In this document: positions 9,966 through 21,294 of the stretch, one piece after another
Layout: the number at the start of each line of letters is the position of its first letter
Numbering within the stretch: position 1 is the stretch's first letter
DNA from: an uncultured Nitrososphaerota archaeon
GTDB taxonomy: Archaea; Thermoproteota; Nitrososphaeria; Nitrososphaerales; CADDZS01
Assembly (NCBI GenBank): GCA_963799845.1
Contig: CAWCYI010000004.1
Coordinates: 1,184,001 to 1,248,000, forward strand
Direction: 5' to 3'
Length of the DNA: 64,000 nt
Made by a program: the position numbers and the translations under genes
Notes under the pieces: model-generated
What the model was told of the DNA's origin: nothing
The model's database searches: none
What the model saw: the letters and a program-made list of their open reading frames with translations, nothing else

Positions 9966-10952
9966 TTACTTTTCTCTCAGCCAGCAACTCGCCCACGTTT
10001 TGTTGACGGCAATCAGCGGCGGCTCAAGAGCCTTGCATTTTTCGAAGGCGTAGGAGCAGCGGGGGCTAAAACGGCAACCCGCGATTTGCTGGGACAAGTT
10101 AGGCGGATATCCCGGAATGCCTTTGATCTTTTGCTGGCCTTCTCCAACCTCTGGGACTGCGTTCAGTAGTGCTTCTGTGTAGGGATGCATTGGATTGTCG
10201 AATATCTCAAGAGTCGGCCCCACTTCAGCGATCTTTCCGGCGTACATAACCGCTATCCGATCGGTCATCCCAGACATTATCGAAATATCATGGCTGATCA
10301 GTATTATAGTCAGTCCTAAGCGTTGCTGGAGGTCTTTCAAAGTTCTCAGGATACCCGCCTGAACGACAACATCGAGAGCAGTCGTCGGCTCGTCAGCGAT
10401 AAGGACAGTTGGATCTAAGCTCAAGGCGAGTGCAATAACTACCCTCTGGCGCATCCCGCCACTCAGCTGATGTGGATAGGACCTCGCTCTTGAGGGATCT
10501 ATGTTAACCAGTTCTAGCAACTGGCGAGCCTTCGTCCTTGCCTCTCCTGGGCTTACTTTCTTATGTTGTCTTATGGTCTCGGCTATTTGTGATTCTATTG
10601 TTTTGACCGGATCTAAAGCATTCATCGCAGACTGGAATACCATGGACACCTTTTCCCATCGATATCGCCTCAGAGCCTCTTTTTCTAGCGAAATCACATT
10701 TATCGATTCGAGCTCAATGTCGCCCGAAATAATTCGAGCATTTATTGGGAGCATTCTGATCAAAGCAAATGCCAGCGTGCTCTTCCCACAACCTGACTCG
10801 CCGACAATTCCGAAGATCTCTCCCCTTTTTACCGATACATCGATCCCCTCGAGTGCTCGCAATTCTCCTTTCGCAGTATTGTACGCAACCGTAAGATCTC
10901 GTATTTCGAGGAACGGCTCTTGCGTGGGATTTTGGGATTGTAATTCTGTCAT
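9966..10952 (-). CDS. oppD: Oligopeptide/dipeptide ABC ATPase (OppD-like)
   Basis: GESGCGKS, LSGGMRQR, IADEPTTALD. True start MTELQ at 10952 overlaps the oppC stop (ATGA). Confidence 0.92.
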   Translation of the reverse strand: MTELQSQNPTQEPFLEIRDLTVAYNTAKGELRALEGIDVSVKRGEIFGIVGESGCGKSTLAFALIRMLPINARIISGDIELESINVISLEKEALRRYRWEKVSMVFQSAMNALDPVKTIESQIAETIRQHKKVSPGEARTKARQLLELVNIDPSRARSYPHQLSGGMRQRVVIALALSLDPTVLIADEPTTALDVVVQAGILRTLKDLQQRLGLTIILISHDISIMSGMTDRIAVMYAGKIAEVGPTLEIFDNPMHPYTEALLNAVPEVGEGQQKIKGIPGYPPNLSQQIAGCRFSPRCSYAFEKCKALEPPLIAVNKTWASCWLREK

Positions 10953-11806
10953 CTCGCGACTCTTCCCGCCTGCTCGGCGCCGTAGCCCAGTAGAATGAGG
11001 CCTGTGCCAAAGATAGCAATCATGAATCCAGGAGGCAAAAACCACCACCACATCCCCCGGAGTAGCGCGTTTCGACTCAGCGCAAAGTAAAGCATGATCC
11101 CCCAACTCAAATTGTTAATCGAGCCAAGCCCGATAAAATCTAGACCTGCTTCTATGACGACGGCAGTAACGGCAGAAAAAACTCCGTAAGATAAAATCAG
11201 AGACAGCTGATTCGGTAGTAGAACGGTAAACATGATCTCGAGGTCGTTCATACCGCTGAGGCGAAGTGCGTCCACAAACGGCCTGCTTTTCAGAGTGAGA
11301 GTTTGAGATCGTACGACTCTTGCGGTCACTGGCCAAGAAAGAATTCCGATTATCAATATGACAAGATAGACGCTCGACGGAAAAAGGGAAGCGACAACTA
11401 TCAATAAGGGAAGCAGCGGCAAAACAAGCACGACGTCTGTCGTTCTCATGAGGGCCTCGTCAGTTCTCCCGCCGAAGTACCCGGAGAAGAGTCCCACCAC
11501 AACCCCGAGTAATATTGAAATTGCTCCGGCGAAAAAGCCGACAAAAATCGAGCCTCTCGAAGCCCAAAGTAGCTGACTGAAAATATCCTCTCCGATATCG
11601 TCTGTGCCTAGTAGGTGGGAAGACGAGATCCCTCCATAGTGCGGGCCGACGTTCGGTTTGTTTGGGGGATAGGGTGCAATAAAGGGAGCAAATATTGCTA
11701 TCAGGACAATAGCTGCAGAAATAGAAATTCCCACCTTGCCGGGAGTGGATTTCCAGACGAGCAGGAAGCTCGTCCGAGCCTTGTCGAAGAGCGTTGGCAG
11801 TTTCAT
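10949..11806 (-). CDS. oppC: Peptide ABC permease (OppC/DppC-like)
   Basis: HLLGTDDIGEDIFSQL, ARVVRSQTL, EAGLDFIGLG, SWG, WWWFLPPG. Confidence 0.92.
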   Translation of the reverse strand: MKLPTLFDKARTSFLLVWKSTPGKVGISISAAIVLIAIFAPFIAPYPPNKPNVGPHYGGISSSHLLGTDDIGEDIFSQLLWASRGSIFVGFFAGAISILLGVVVGLFSGYFGGRTDEALMRTTDVVLVLPLLPLLIVVASLFPSSVYLVILIIGILSWPVTARVVRSQTLTLKSRPFVDALRLSGMNDLEIMFTVLLPNQLSLILSYGVFSAVTAVVIEAGLDFIGLGSINNLSWGIMLYFALSRNALLRGMWWWFLPPGFMIAIFGTGLILLGYGAEQAGRVAR

Positions 11807-11813
11807 TATTGTT

Positions 11814-12827
11814 TCAGTATTCCACTCGAGGGTCTAGGAACACGTAAGCAAAATCTGCAAGAATATTTGCGACAATTACGAGAATGGAGGAAAATAAGAA
11901 AATGCCTTCGAGCAGTGGGTAGTCGCGATGGATCGCCGCCTGTTCTATCAGGAAACCCATTCCAGGATACGAGAAAATTATCTCTACCAGATACGCCCCG
12001 GATAAGATCGCTCCGAAACTAAGCGCAAGGTTAGTCACGCTTGGAAGCAAGGCATTTCGAGCTGCATGCCCTAAAACCAGCGTTCTAGTCTTCAACCCCC
12101 GAGCCTGGGCCGCCATCATGAAATCTTCGTCAAGCACGTTAACCATTGAGTTGCGCATGACCAGCATGTAGAGGGGCAGGTTCAAAATTACCAGAGTCAA
12201 GATCGGAAGAAAAGAGTGCCCGAGGATGTCAACGATCGCTGACGGGCTCAATCCCGTGACCTGGCCGTTTGCGACAAGCGCGGGCGGAAAAACGTGATAC
12301 TTAATTGCGAAAATGTAGATCAGAATGGTAGCCAGCCAATAGCTCGGTACTCCCCACATGAAATTTGAGATTCCAAACATGAACGAATCAATTTTTGATC
12401 CCCTGTGCCACGCGAGCCACGCTCCCGCAAGGACTCCACCCGACCACGCGATTAATTGAGAAACACCGACCAGTAAGAGCGTCCAGGGGAGCGCGGCTGT
12501 AACGATAGTCCAAACCGAAAGAGGGTAGTAAGAGAACGAAACTCCGAAATTCGGAGGAAAAGACCCGAACGTTTGCCGGACGTAGATTTCAAATTGCTGC
12601 CAGAGAGGTTTGTCAATCCCGAGGATGTTGATGATTTGTTGCCGCTGTTGCGGTAGTAATTCTGAAGAGGCAAGAGCTGCCACAACATTTCCAGGTTCCA
12701 GTCGGGGAAGAATGAAATTGATAACATAGACAATGAAAAAGACCAGTACTGCGGCAAGGATTCTCCTTTTGAGATAGGAAGATCGCAGCTTTCCTCCGAG
12801 GCGATCGTTCAACCTTAGTCTATGCAT
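11814..12827 (-). CDS. oppB: Peptide ABC permease (OppB/DppB-like)
   Basis: LPWTLLL, EDFMMAAQARGL, HAARNALLP, EIIFSYPGMG, RDYPLL. Confidence 0.92.
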   Translation of the reverse strand: MHRLRLNDRLGGKLRSSYLKRRILAAVLVFFIVYVINFILPRLEPGNVVAALASSELLPQQRQQIINILGIDKPLWQQFEIYVRQTFGSFPPNFGVSFSYYPLSVWTIVTAALPWTLLLVGVSQLIAWSGGVLAGAWLAWHRGSKIDSFMFGISNFMWGVPSYWLATILIYIFAIKYHVFPPALVANGQVTGLSPSAIVDILGHSFLPILTLVILNLPLYMLVMRNSMVNVLDEDFMMAAQARGLKTRTLVLGHAARNALLPSVTNLALSFGAILSGAYLVEIIFSYPGMGFLIEQAAIHRDYPLLEGIFLFSSILVIVANILADFAYVFLDPRVEY

Positions 12828-12951
12828 AACCCGCTGTTGGCACTCGGCATCATCTGCCTTCTGTTATATGCCTTGCCGGGAAAAGTATTGTGAAAAAAGA
12901 CGCGGAGTTTAGATAAGCATAAACTCGATTTTTGAAATATCCCGAAGTGAA

Positions 12952-14063
12952 ATGCAAGATGACATTTTGAATGAACTTGGGTTCAAAAAAATAATCAATG
13001 CGGCTGGTCATTACACGGTTTTTGGAGGATCTCAACCCTCATTTCAAGTCAACCAAGTCATGGACAAAGCCTCCAATTACTGGATCGACATGAATGAGCT
13101 GCAAAAGAGCGCGGGACGTTATCTTCATTCAGTATTAGGTTGTGCGGATGGTATGGTTACGGCCGGAGCCTACTCTGCGCTAATAATAGCTACGAGAGCG
13201 GCGATGTTGAACAGAAACGTTACGAAACCCCAGGTGATTATCCAAGTACCCCACGTCACAAAGTACAGCGAAGCTTTTAGGGCAGCTGGGCCGATCTGAA
13301 GGAGATTAGAAGAATTTCGGAATCGGACTCAATTTTGAACTATGTTGACGGTTCATCGGTTGCGCTCAGCTACGTAATATCTGAGAAGGATTACGAATTC
13401 TCGCTGTCAGAGACGGTGAAAGCGGCTAAAGATGCGGGAATTCCGGTCATCGTAGACGCATCGCTTGTCGATCCGCCGATTGAGGGAATAAAGCAGGTTC
13501 TAGCCTGCGATCCTGATCTCGTGGCTGTCAGTGGAGGGAAAGGGCTTAACGGGCCAAACAATACTGGAATCTTACTGGGCAAGTCTCCGCTTCTATCAGA
13601 GGCCCGAGATCAGGGCTTCCCAAACTATGGAATTGGAAGGGGGATGAAAATAAGCAAAGAGCAAATCGCGGGCATTTTGACAGCGGTAAAGATGGCTTCC
13701 GAGATTGACGAACAGATGCTCGTCGATTCTTGGAGAGCGAACATCGACTCGATAAAGAGCCGAATAATTAACTACCCTCAAGTCAAGACTCGTGTTGAAT
13801 TTCCATGGAATCTGAACATCCCTCAGCCAATTCCGAGATTGTATCTTTACGTGGGAGAGGGGAAAGACGGCGAGCTCAAAGCAGAAAAGATTCGCGAAAA
13901 TCTGAAAAATTCAAATCCTCCAATAATTACACGTCGGCCTTCGGATTCAAATGCATCAGCAAATACGATCATCATTGAGGGGCGGTGCTTGAAGGGCGAT
14001 GATTACGATGTTCTAATTGAGAGGCTTAATTCAAACCTGGAGCTTGTTCTGAGCGGTGCATAA
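12952..14063 (+). CDS. SelA-like/DgaE-family PLP-dependent enzyme (frameshift ~13290)
   Basis: IINAAGHYTVFGGS, VTAGA, PVIVDAS, SGGKG (PLP Lys), GIGRGMKISKE. One missing G in gctgggccgat joins ORFs 12952 and 13335. Confidence 0.85.
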
Positions 14064-14095
14064 TTCATATGAGATAGCTAGACATTCCAAAAAAT

Positions 14096-14917
14096 TCAAG
14101 GATGTAGAATCGCTTCGCCCTGTTTTAGAACCACAAATCTAGTCTTGTCAAGAACGGCCGGATATGAGAGCCTAGCGACTCGCCCGACCTTTTCTGGATC
14201 TTCGAGGGCAACATCCCACTTGTCGAAATGATGAGGAAGAAGTATCTTCGGTCCCAAATCGATTGCAGCTTTAACAACATCCGAGGGCGAATGATACCAC
14301 GTCCTTCCCACCGGGTTTCGCCCCAAATTGATTATTGCAATGTCTATTTTGAAATTGTCTGCCAACTTGCTATACATTTCGGAGTTGTAGAGGGAATCAC
14401 CGTTGTGAAGAATGTTGATTCCTTCAAAACTTACAACGTAGGAGTTTGAGCTAGAAGCGTTGGGATCGTCGTTGGGCGCGGAGTGGATGCTAACATCGCC
14501 GAACTTGGTGCTCTGAAATTTGCTGCCATCGAGTTCCACTATTTTATCGCGAAACAAGCCCCATGAGTTCAGTCTTTCGCAAGAAGATCTCGGCCCAACG
14601 AATGTTCCCCCCTGCTTCAAAATCCACGTGGCAGAAATCTCGTCGCAGTGGTCTGTATGCTCGTGGGTAGACAGGTATGCAGTTTTAGTTTTTATTTCTG
14701 TGATATCAAAGGGCAGGAAAACATTTCGTTTCAGGTCCAGTGCAGGGGCATTCCCACTCTCCGGGAGATGTGGATCAAATCTTGCGGCGTCCAGATCAAT
14801 AAATATCGTAGGCTGATCGTGGAATTTTATCGAAAACGACGACCCTCCCAAGAACCAAAGTCTTGCAGACTTTTGTCGTGGATTATCTCGGTCAATATCT
14901 TGGTATATCAATTTCAT
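14096..14917 (-). CDS. Metallo-beta-lactamase-fold hydrolase (UlaG-like)
   Basis: THEHTDH (HxHxDH), HNGDS, PHHFD. Confidence 0.85.
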   Translation of the reverse strand: MKLIYQDIDRDNPRQKSARLWFLGGSSFSIKFHDQPTIFIDLDAARFDPHLPESGNAPALDLKRNVFLPFDITEIKTKTAYLSTHEHTDHCDEISATWILKQGGTFVGPRSSCERLNSWGLFRDKIVELDGSKFQSTKFGDVSIHSAPNDDPNASSSNSYVVSFEGINILHNGDSLYNSEMYSKLADNFKIDIAIINLGRNPVGRTWYHSPSDVVKAAIDLGPKILLPHHFDKWDVALEDPEKVGRVARLSYPAVLDKTRFVVLKQGEAILHP

Positions 14918-16218
14918 TATATTATCAGGTCGTTCATCGTTTTCTCGATTTCGTAATAAGAGTCTTGGGAAATCGGCGTGAAATTTGCTTCGTAGTCGAG
15001 ATTTCGATAGGATTCTGGAGTCGCGAAATATCCCAGATACCCGTTCCCATAACCTGAGATAAATGTATGTTTGTACGCCGAGTTCTTCTTCAAATTCATC
15101 CCGGTCTCGGATAGTATCTCGCCTGGAGCCCAGGTGAGGACGAATTGTTTGTCCTCTCCAAAATATACTGCCCCGAATTCCATTTCGACCGAATCTGGGA
15201 GAGTGTCCTGATTAACGTCGAGAGTTTGAACCCACATTTTCAATCCATAGAGTGCTAGTTCCAACCTGCGTTTTTCGACGAGATTCTGCGTGTTGTCTAC
15301 TATCCGGATTGACATTTCCTTCATGAGCTCCAATGTTTCCTCCCGGTCGGGGTGTGATTTGATTTTCAGTCTTACTTGCCTCGAACTTGAACTGAGAGTG
15401 AGATCGTTGAAAAACTCGTGTTCTGGTTTCGAGACAGATTCAATTATTGCCCCGCCGATTGTGTCGCCGTATTTGATTACATTCTGATACGTCCTATGTG
15501 GAGAAAACTCGTCTCCCAAAATCTGCCTGATACTCACATCGCCGCACGCACCCGTGATACAATTGGATTGATCAATATCGAGAACTTGAGAAAGCTTTCT
15601 CGATACAGCTCCCGGGAAATCGGCTGAGTAGGAGGTATTGTGCAATCCGAGTATTGTAGGATGATTTTGCTGATTGAATAGTAGACAATTTCCTCTATTC
15701 TCGTTCGTCTTTATGAAAAGGGATGAGACCGCGTTATCGATCTTCTTCGCGGGATCGTTTCTATTCGTATAAAGACCATTCAAATCTGCCGAGCTAAATG
15801 TTATTGATTTGACCCGCTTCTCATTGTTCATAGCCTGGAGCAACGACCACTGAATCGATTCTTTCAGTCTTCGCAGAAATTCCTCGATTTTTTTCTCCTG
15901 ATTTCTTTTCTTGAACCACCTCACTTGCCAGCAGTTCGTTTCTGGAGCGGTATGATCGTGGGTGGCGAGAATGATTATGTTTTTTCTCGGGATTCCATGA
16001 GACTTGGAGAATTCATTTCGAACCTCATCACAGAGATCTTTTCCAACCCCAACCACATCAACGCTTGCGATCAGAATCCGCGAGTGATGATCTGAAAGGG
16101 AAATTGACTTCACGTAAAGTCTGTCGTGGAACCCATCCATCATAGGAGGTGGATCATGGCCCCCTGCAGGCAGACCCAATGATGGATTCAGATCCGACTG
16201 ATAAATACCGATCATCAA
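14917..16218 (-). CDS. Neutral/alkaline ceramidase N-terminal-like amidohydrolase
   Basis: HDRLYVK, ATHDHTAP, NHPT, SADFPG, GACGD, PGE, GYGNGYLGY, YEA. Confidence 0.75.
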   Translation of the reverse strand: MMIGIYQSDLNPSLGLPAGGHDPPPMMDGFHDRLYVKSISLSDHHSRILIASVDVVGVGKDLCDEVRNEFSKSHGIPRKNIIILATHDHTAPETNCWQVRWFKKRNQEKKIEEFLRRLKESIQWSLLQAMNNEKRVKSITFSSADLNGLYTNRNDPAKKIDNAVSSLFIKTNENRGNCLLFNQQNHPTILGLHNTSYSADFPGAVSRKLSQVLDIDQSNCITGACGDVSIRQILGDEFSPHRTYQNVIKYGDTIGGAIIESVSKPEHEFFNDLTLSSSSRQVRLKIKSHPDREETLELMKEMSIRIVDNTQNLVEKRRLELALYGLKMWVQTLDVNQDTLPDSVEMEFGAVYFGEDKQFVLTWAPGEILSETGMNLKKNSAYKHTFISGYGNGYLGYFATPESYRNLDYEANFTPISQDSYYEIEKTMNDLII

Positions 16219-16267
16219 ATAGGAACGTCTAGCTCCAAATTATCGTTTGAATTGCGGATTTGAAACA

Positions 16268-16987
16268 TCATCTACAGTGAAGTCCCTCGACAGCAACCGC
16301 GCGCACCGGGAAGCCGTCGGCGCCCTTTATGTTCAATGGAAGCGTGATCAGGAACGGTCTCGTCTCGGTAATCCGGTGGAAATTCGCCATGCTTTCTATG
16401 ATGTAGATCTCCTTTCCAAGCAACAAATAGTGGATGATCGGCTTGTCTGAATCTGGCTCATTTCGTTCACGCCTTCCAGTGTCTTCCGGTATCGGGAAAT
16501 CTATTCCGACGCACCTTACCTTTTTCTCGATGAATACCTTCGCCAGATCGATGCTGATGAAGGGGGAACCTTTGAAGTATTCGCTCGTTCCGCATTTCTT
16601 GTCCCAATCGGTCCTGATCAGCACTGCGTCATCCTCCCGGATGTTGTCGATCTGCTTGTTCACTGAATCCGGAGTCACCCCCTTTCCCGATCTATTCCTC
16701 GCGTCAAGTACAATCGCGTCACCGAGGAATCTTTCGACCGGCATCTGGTCGATGGTCTTGCCTCCTTTCAGCTCGTGATAGAAGGCGTCAATATGCGCAG
16801 TGTACGGAGTGTGAGTGGGAAGGGAGATTTTTTGCATCGAGAAATTATCGGTTGCGTGAGTGAAAAGGGGAGTGATGCTGAATGCGTTGAAGACTCTATC
16901 ATATCCTTCGTCGGCATTTCGGAACGCGGCAAATTGTGCGGAGACTTTCTCATCGATTGGGAAACTCAGGTCAACTACTCGTATCAT
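16268..16987 (-). CDS. Cyclase family metal-dependent hydrolase (kynurenine formamidase-like)
   Basis: VDLS, variant HTPYTAHIDAFYH, LIRTDW, GID, H..LL, IIE, GADGFPVRAVA. Confidence 0.85.
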   Translation of the reverse strand: MIRVVDLSFPIDEKVSAQFAAFRNADEGYDRVFNAFSITPLFTHATDNFSMQKISLPTHTPYTAHIDAFYHELKGGKTIDQMPVERFLGDAIVLDARNRSGKGVTPDSVNKQIDNIREDDAVLIRTDWDKKCGTSEYFKGSPFISIDLAKVFIEKKVRCVGIDFPIPEDTGRRERNEPDSDKPIIHYLLLGKEIYIIESMANFHRITETRPFLITLPLNIKGADGFPVRAVAVEGLHCR

Positions 16988-17108
16988 CGGCCGAAATCCA
17001 AATTTGTCTTCAAGATTTTTTATTTATGACTTGTCGGAAAACTCCAAAATACCCAAACACTAAATAGAGTTCTCCGATTCGCATTCGAACATAGTTGCTG
17101 TAAATCAT

Positions 17109-18224
17109 ATGAGTGCTCGTGTTCTAAAAGTTGGAGTCCTCGGTGCAGGAGCCTGGACGAGAGGTGCTCACATTCCCGGATACAAAAGAGATCCGCGATT
17201 TGAAGTCGTGGCAATATGCGATACCCAGATTAATCTTGCCAGAGATACTGGGGAAGAATTCAAGATCTCGTTCGTAACCGACGATTACACCCAGGTTCTC
17301 GCCAGAAAAGACATTGATATTATAGACGTGTGCACTCCGTCGCACACTCATTTCAAACTGACAATGGATGCCCTTGCTGCGGGGAAACACGTCCTGTGCG
17401 AAAAGCCCGTGGGCTACGACTTTCACGACACCCTGATAGCTCGAGACTTCGCGAAATCCAAGGGGCTCAAGACCAAGGTGGGGTTTACTTTCAGATACAG
17501 CCCCGCGATGAGGTACATGAAGGAGTTGATAAACAGCGGATACATCGGGGTGCCGTTCATTTACAACGGCTACGAGCAAAACTCCCAGTGGATAAATCCC
17601 CAGACGCCCCTTCGACAGGTCCCAGATCCGTTCGCAGATCAGTCGAAGATCCAGACATCTTCTCTTGAGGGGTACGGGGCTCCAATCATAGACTTAGGGC
17701 ACTGGTTCATTGGGTCAGATCTGAAGCGAGTTGTAGGCACGATGCGCAATTTCATCCCCGAACGGGTGGTCAGGCAGACCGGTAAGATGATGAGGATTAA
17801 CCTGGACGATGGCGACATATTCATCGGCGAGTTTGCAAACGGGGCTCTCTGTTCTATTCAAACATCTTTTGTGACCGTTGGCAATTATCCGGGTCTGGAG
17901 GCTCGAGTCTACGGCAGCGAGGGGGCGCTGATCTGCCGCCTAGTGGAAGAATTTGGTATCTGCGAAACCCTGAAGGGCGCAAAGCCCGACTCGGTCGAGT
18001 TTAAAGACATCGAGGTACCCCAGCGGCTGTATCCGCCTGGTGGCTCGTCCAGAGAATCGTGGCGTACTCTATTTTACGCAAACCTTGTCTCAAGCTTTGC
18101 AGACGAGATTTTGGGCAACAAAGAACCCGAAGGGGACTTTGGCGACTCTGCCTGGGTCTCGGAAGTCATCAACGCCGTCGAAAAGTCGTTCTGGGAAAAA
18201 CGCTGGGTAAATTTACCTCTTTAG
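17109..18224 (+). CDS. Gfo/Idh/MocA family oxidoreductase
   Basis: GVLGAG, CTPSHTH, HVLCEKP, GFTFRYSP. Confidence 0.9.
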   Translation: MSARVLKVGVLGAGAWTRGAHIPGYKRDPRFEVVAICDTQINLARDTGEEFKISFVTDDYTQVLARKDIDIIDVCTPSHTHFKLTMDALAAGKHVLCEKPVGYDFHDTLIARDFAKSKGLKTKVGFTFRYSPAMRYMKELINSGYIGVPFIYNGYEQNSQWINPQTPLRQVPDPFADQSKIQTSSLEGYGAPIIDLGHWFIGSDLKRVVGTMRNFIPERVVRQTGKMMRINLDDGDIFIGEFANGALCSIQTSFVTVGNYPGLEARVYGSEGALICRLVEEFGICETLKGAKPDSVEFKDIEVPQRLYPPGGSSRESWRTLFYANLVSSFADEILGNKEPEGDFGDSAWVSEVINAVEKSFWEKRWVNLPL

Positions 18225-18231
18225 CATCGAC

Positions 18232-19894
18232 ATGACCCAGACCTCTGACTGGCTGGACGACTTTTTTCGATCATACTACAAGTTTCGTCCCGTCAATGCC
18301 ACTTTCATCGGAATGCACACGTATGACGACACTCTACCGGATTTTAGAGAAGAAGCGATCCAAGTCTTTTCCTCTGACATGAAGAGGCTCTTAGAGGATA
18401 GTTCGAAGCTCCATCCAGTAAATCGAATGGAGGGAATTGATCTTCAGCTGAGCTTCTAATTTTTTGACAACCCAGATTGAAGAACTTGGGAGCAAGCACT
18501 TCCACCGCGGAAACCCGGCGGTTTACTCTAGCGAAGCAATCTTCGGACTCATTTCTCTTTGTCTCCGAGAGTTCGCTCCAAAGCCTGATAGAATGAACTC
18601 AATGACCGAACGAATGAAGCAAATTCCAGATCTCCTTGGGACAGGCGAGTCCAACATTCGGTCGGCTCCAAAGGAGTGGGCAAACGAGGCAATCCGCCAG
18701 TGCGATGGCGCGATAATCTTTCTGAGTACGGGAGTCAGGATACTTTTGTCCGAGTGGCAAGTTCCAGTCCCGCACGGATTCATTGAACAATCTGAAATTG
18801 CCCTAAAGGCTTTTCGCAGGTACCGCGAGTACTTGTCAGTGGAGCTTTTGCTTCATCACGTCGAAGGATACGGGACGGGCAAGGCTTTCTTTGACATAAT
18901 GGTTCAGAAGGGGCACATGCTCCCCCAAATGGATGCGAGCAAGGTTTCTTCAGTTGCTAGCGAGCTGTTAGGAGATAAGAAGGATGAGCTGGGGAGCGAG
19001 ATATTAAAGATTAGATCGGATGGCGATTGGAACGCGGTTATCGCGGATCTCTCCGATAAGCACCCGGCGTTAGAAGAAATCCTGCCTTCCTGTCAGAGAT
19101 GCTGGGACGATTGCCGCAGAGTTGTGCTTGAGCGCAAAATTCTCGACTGGCCGGATTATCCTCTGATTTACAGATTCATCCCGAAATATTTTCAGGAAGC
19201 GGCTCCATATCTCTACTTCCTGTTTTATAGATCGCCTGCACCTCTGGATAACATGAAAGTGAACGACTATCTGATGACGCCGGTCGATCCTTCTCTTCCG
19301 AAGGCAGAACTGGAGCAGAAACTTCGAGCCATCAACTACTCTGTGATCAAACACAACCACGTCGTTCATCACGGCGCTGTCGGTCACCACACCCAGAATT
19401 ATTACGCCTACCAAAGCAATTCAAGGATAGGTAGGATAGCAGGAGTCGACTGCGCTTCCCGGATCGCGATGTTTTGCGGTGGAACTATGGCAGAGGGATG
19501 GGCTACATACTCTACGGCTTTGATGGACGAAGTTGGCTTCAATACTCCAGAGGAGCACATCGCTGAACTGCATTCGCAGCTGCGTCTGATTTCGCGCGCA
19601 GTTGTCGATTCTAATTTGCACTCCGGGAAATTTTCGTTCGAAGATGCGGTCAACTTTTACGTCAACGAGGTGGGAATGACCCAGAAAGCTGCGTACAATG
19701 AAGTTGTCAAGAATTCGACTTTTCCCTGCACGGGCAGCATGTATCTATTGGGTTTTGACGGGATAATGAACCTGAGAGAGGAGATGACCTTGAAGGAGGG
19801 ATCGAATTTCAACATGCAGAGATTTCACAATTCGCTCCTGAGCTTCGGTTCCGTTCCTGTTTCAATGATTAGACGGGAAATGGTAGGCAGTTAG
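18232..19894 (+). CDS. DUF885 family protein (frameshift ~18450)
   Basis: PVNATFIGMHTYD..LPD; HHGAVGHHTQ; AEGWATY; RAVVD..LH; LLSFGSVP. Removing one base joins ORFs 18232 and 18464. Confidence 0.85.
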
Positions 19895-19901
19895 AATAGG
19901 C

Positions 19902-20661
19902 ATGAGCCGTGAATTAGAAGGAAAAGTAGCGATAGTCACTGGAGGCAGTTCTGGCATCGGCCGAAGCATCGCTGAATTATTCTCGTCCGAAGGAGCAAAG
20001 GTAGTGATTACTGATCTCAATGATTTGGGAGTAGCTCAAGACATTGTGAAAAACGGCGGTAGCGCAATTTTCGTAAAAACCGACGTGCGCGACGCATCGC
20101 AGGTTAAGCGATTGGTCGAGGTTTGCGTCAATGAATTTGGCACGGTCGATATCCTGGTCAACGACGCGGGCATCGAGCAAAATCGGCTAATAACCAAAAC
20201 AACCGAAGAAGAGTGGGATAAAATTATGGACACCAACCTCAAGGGAGTCTTTCTGACCTCAAAGTACGCATCGCCCTATCTGCTCAGGAGTGACGGAGGC
20301 GCGATAGTCAATATCGCTTCGCAGCTGGGTGTAGTGGCACTGCCGGGAAGATCGGCTTACTGCGCCTCCAAGGCGGGCGTAATCTTGCTCACGAAAGTGT
20401 TGGCGCTGGAATTTGCTGAAAGCAAGGTTCGTGCGAACAGCGTAAGTCCCGGGCCGATTCAGACGCCAATGCTCGATAGAACGAGCGACTTGGACGCAGA
20501 CCCCATTGAAGCTGAAGAAGGCGCTGTTGAGCCGGGTGCCGCTCGGAAGAACCGGCATGCCGGATGAAATAGCTCAAGCCGTTTTGTTTCTATCCTCGAA
20601 GCGTTCCACGTACGTCACCGGACACAATCTGGTCGTCGACGGCGGCTATGCAATAATTTGA
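19902..20661 (+). CDS. Short-chain dehydrogenase/reductase (frameshift ~20503)
   Basis: [23 protein letters not shown]. After an extra C the frame continues [13 protein letters not shown]...[15 protein letters not shown], stop 20659-20661. Confidence 0.88.
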
Positions 20662-20724
20662 AAATTCCTCGTCAACAATCAAACCATAATCCGGAAATTT
20701 AGGACAAAATTCGTTTGAGGTTAA

Positions 20725-21282
20725 GTGGAAATGAACGTTCTAGACGCCGCATCGACAAATGTGGCCGTGAGAGATTTCAAGCTGGAAATAATTCACGATG
20801 ATCAATTGAGAATTATTCTAGAGTCAGCGCGTCTGACGCAGAGCGCGAAAAATCTGCAGCCTTGGTATTTCATAGTAATTGAAAAGAGAAAGACACTCGA
20901 CTCTCTTGGAGATCTAATGAAAGGCGACATTGACGAAGATTTGATGAAAAAATCTCCGATGGCAGTCGCAATCGTTGGCGATACCTCGTCGGAGTTTTGG
21001 CTGTTTGACCTAGGCCGTGCCGCGCAGACCATTACGTTAGTAGCTTGGGAAATGGGAATCGGTTCGTGCATCGTGTCTGGTCCCGAACCACCTGATCGCG
21101 AAGATTATCGAAATAAAGCCGGAGAACTTCTCGGAGTACCTGGAAATCTCAAGCTCCAGGAGCTTATAGTGTTTGGATATCCAAAAGAAAACAGAAAAGT
21201 ACGTCGTAAGAATCGAAAGAAATTCAGCGAAATAGTTTTCGATGAATCATTTGGGGCACGTTCGAAATTGTCACAATCATAA
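20725..21282 (+). CDS. Nitroreductase family protein
   Basis: VRDF, SAKNLQPWYF, DLGRAAQ, GIGSC, FGYP, RK..SEIVF. Confidence 0.9.
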   Translation: MEMNVLDAASTNVAVRDFKLEIIHDDQLRIILESARLTQSAKNLQPWYFIVIEKRKTLDSLGDLMKGDIDEDLMKKSPMAVAIVGDTSSEFWLFDLGRAAQTITLVAWEMGIGSCIVSGPEPPDREDYRNKAGELLGVPGNLKLQELIVFGYPKENRKVRRKNRKKFSEIVFDESFGARSKLSQS

Positions 21283-21294
21283 TTTGAGATACTT

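Noticed and set aside
12952-14063. Selenocysteine synthase / Sec recoding (TGA at 13297-13299)
   Set aside because: The TGA results from a frameshift and the downstream part is in another frame. No selB, selD or tRNA-Sec is present, and the motifs fit the SelA-like/DgaE branch.
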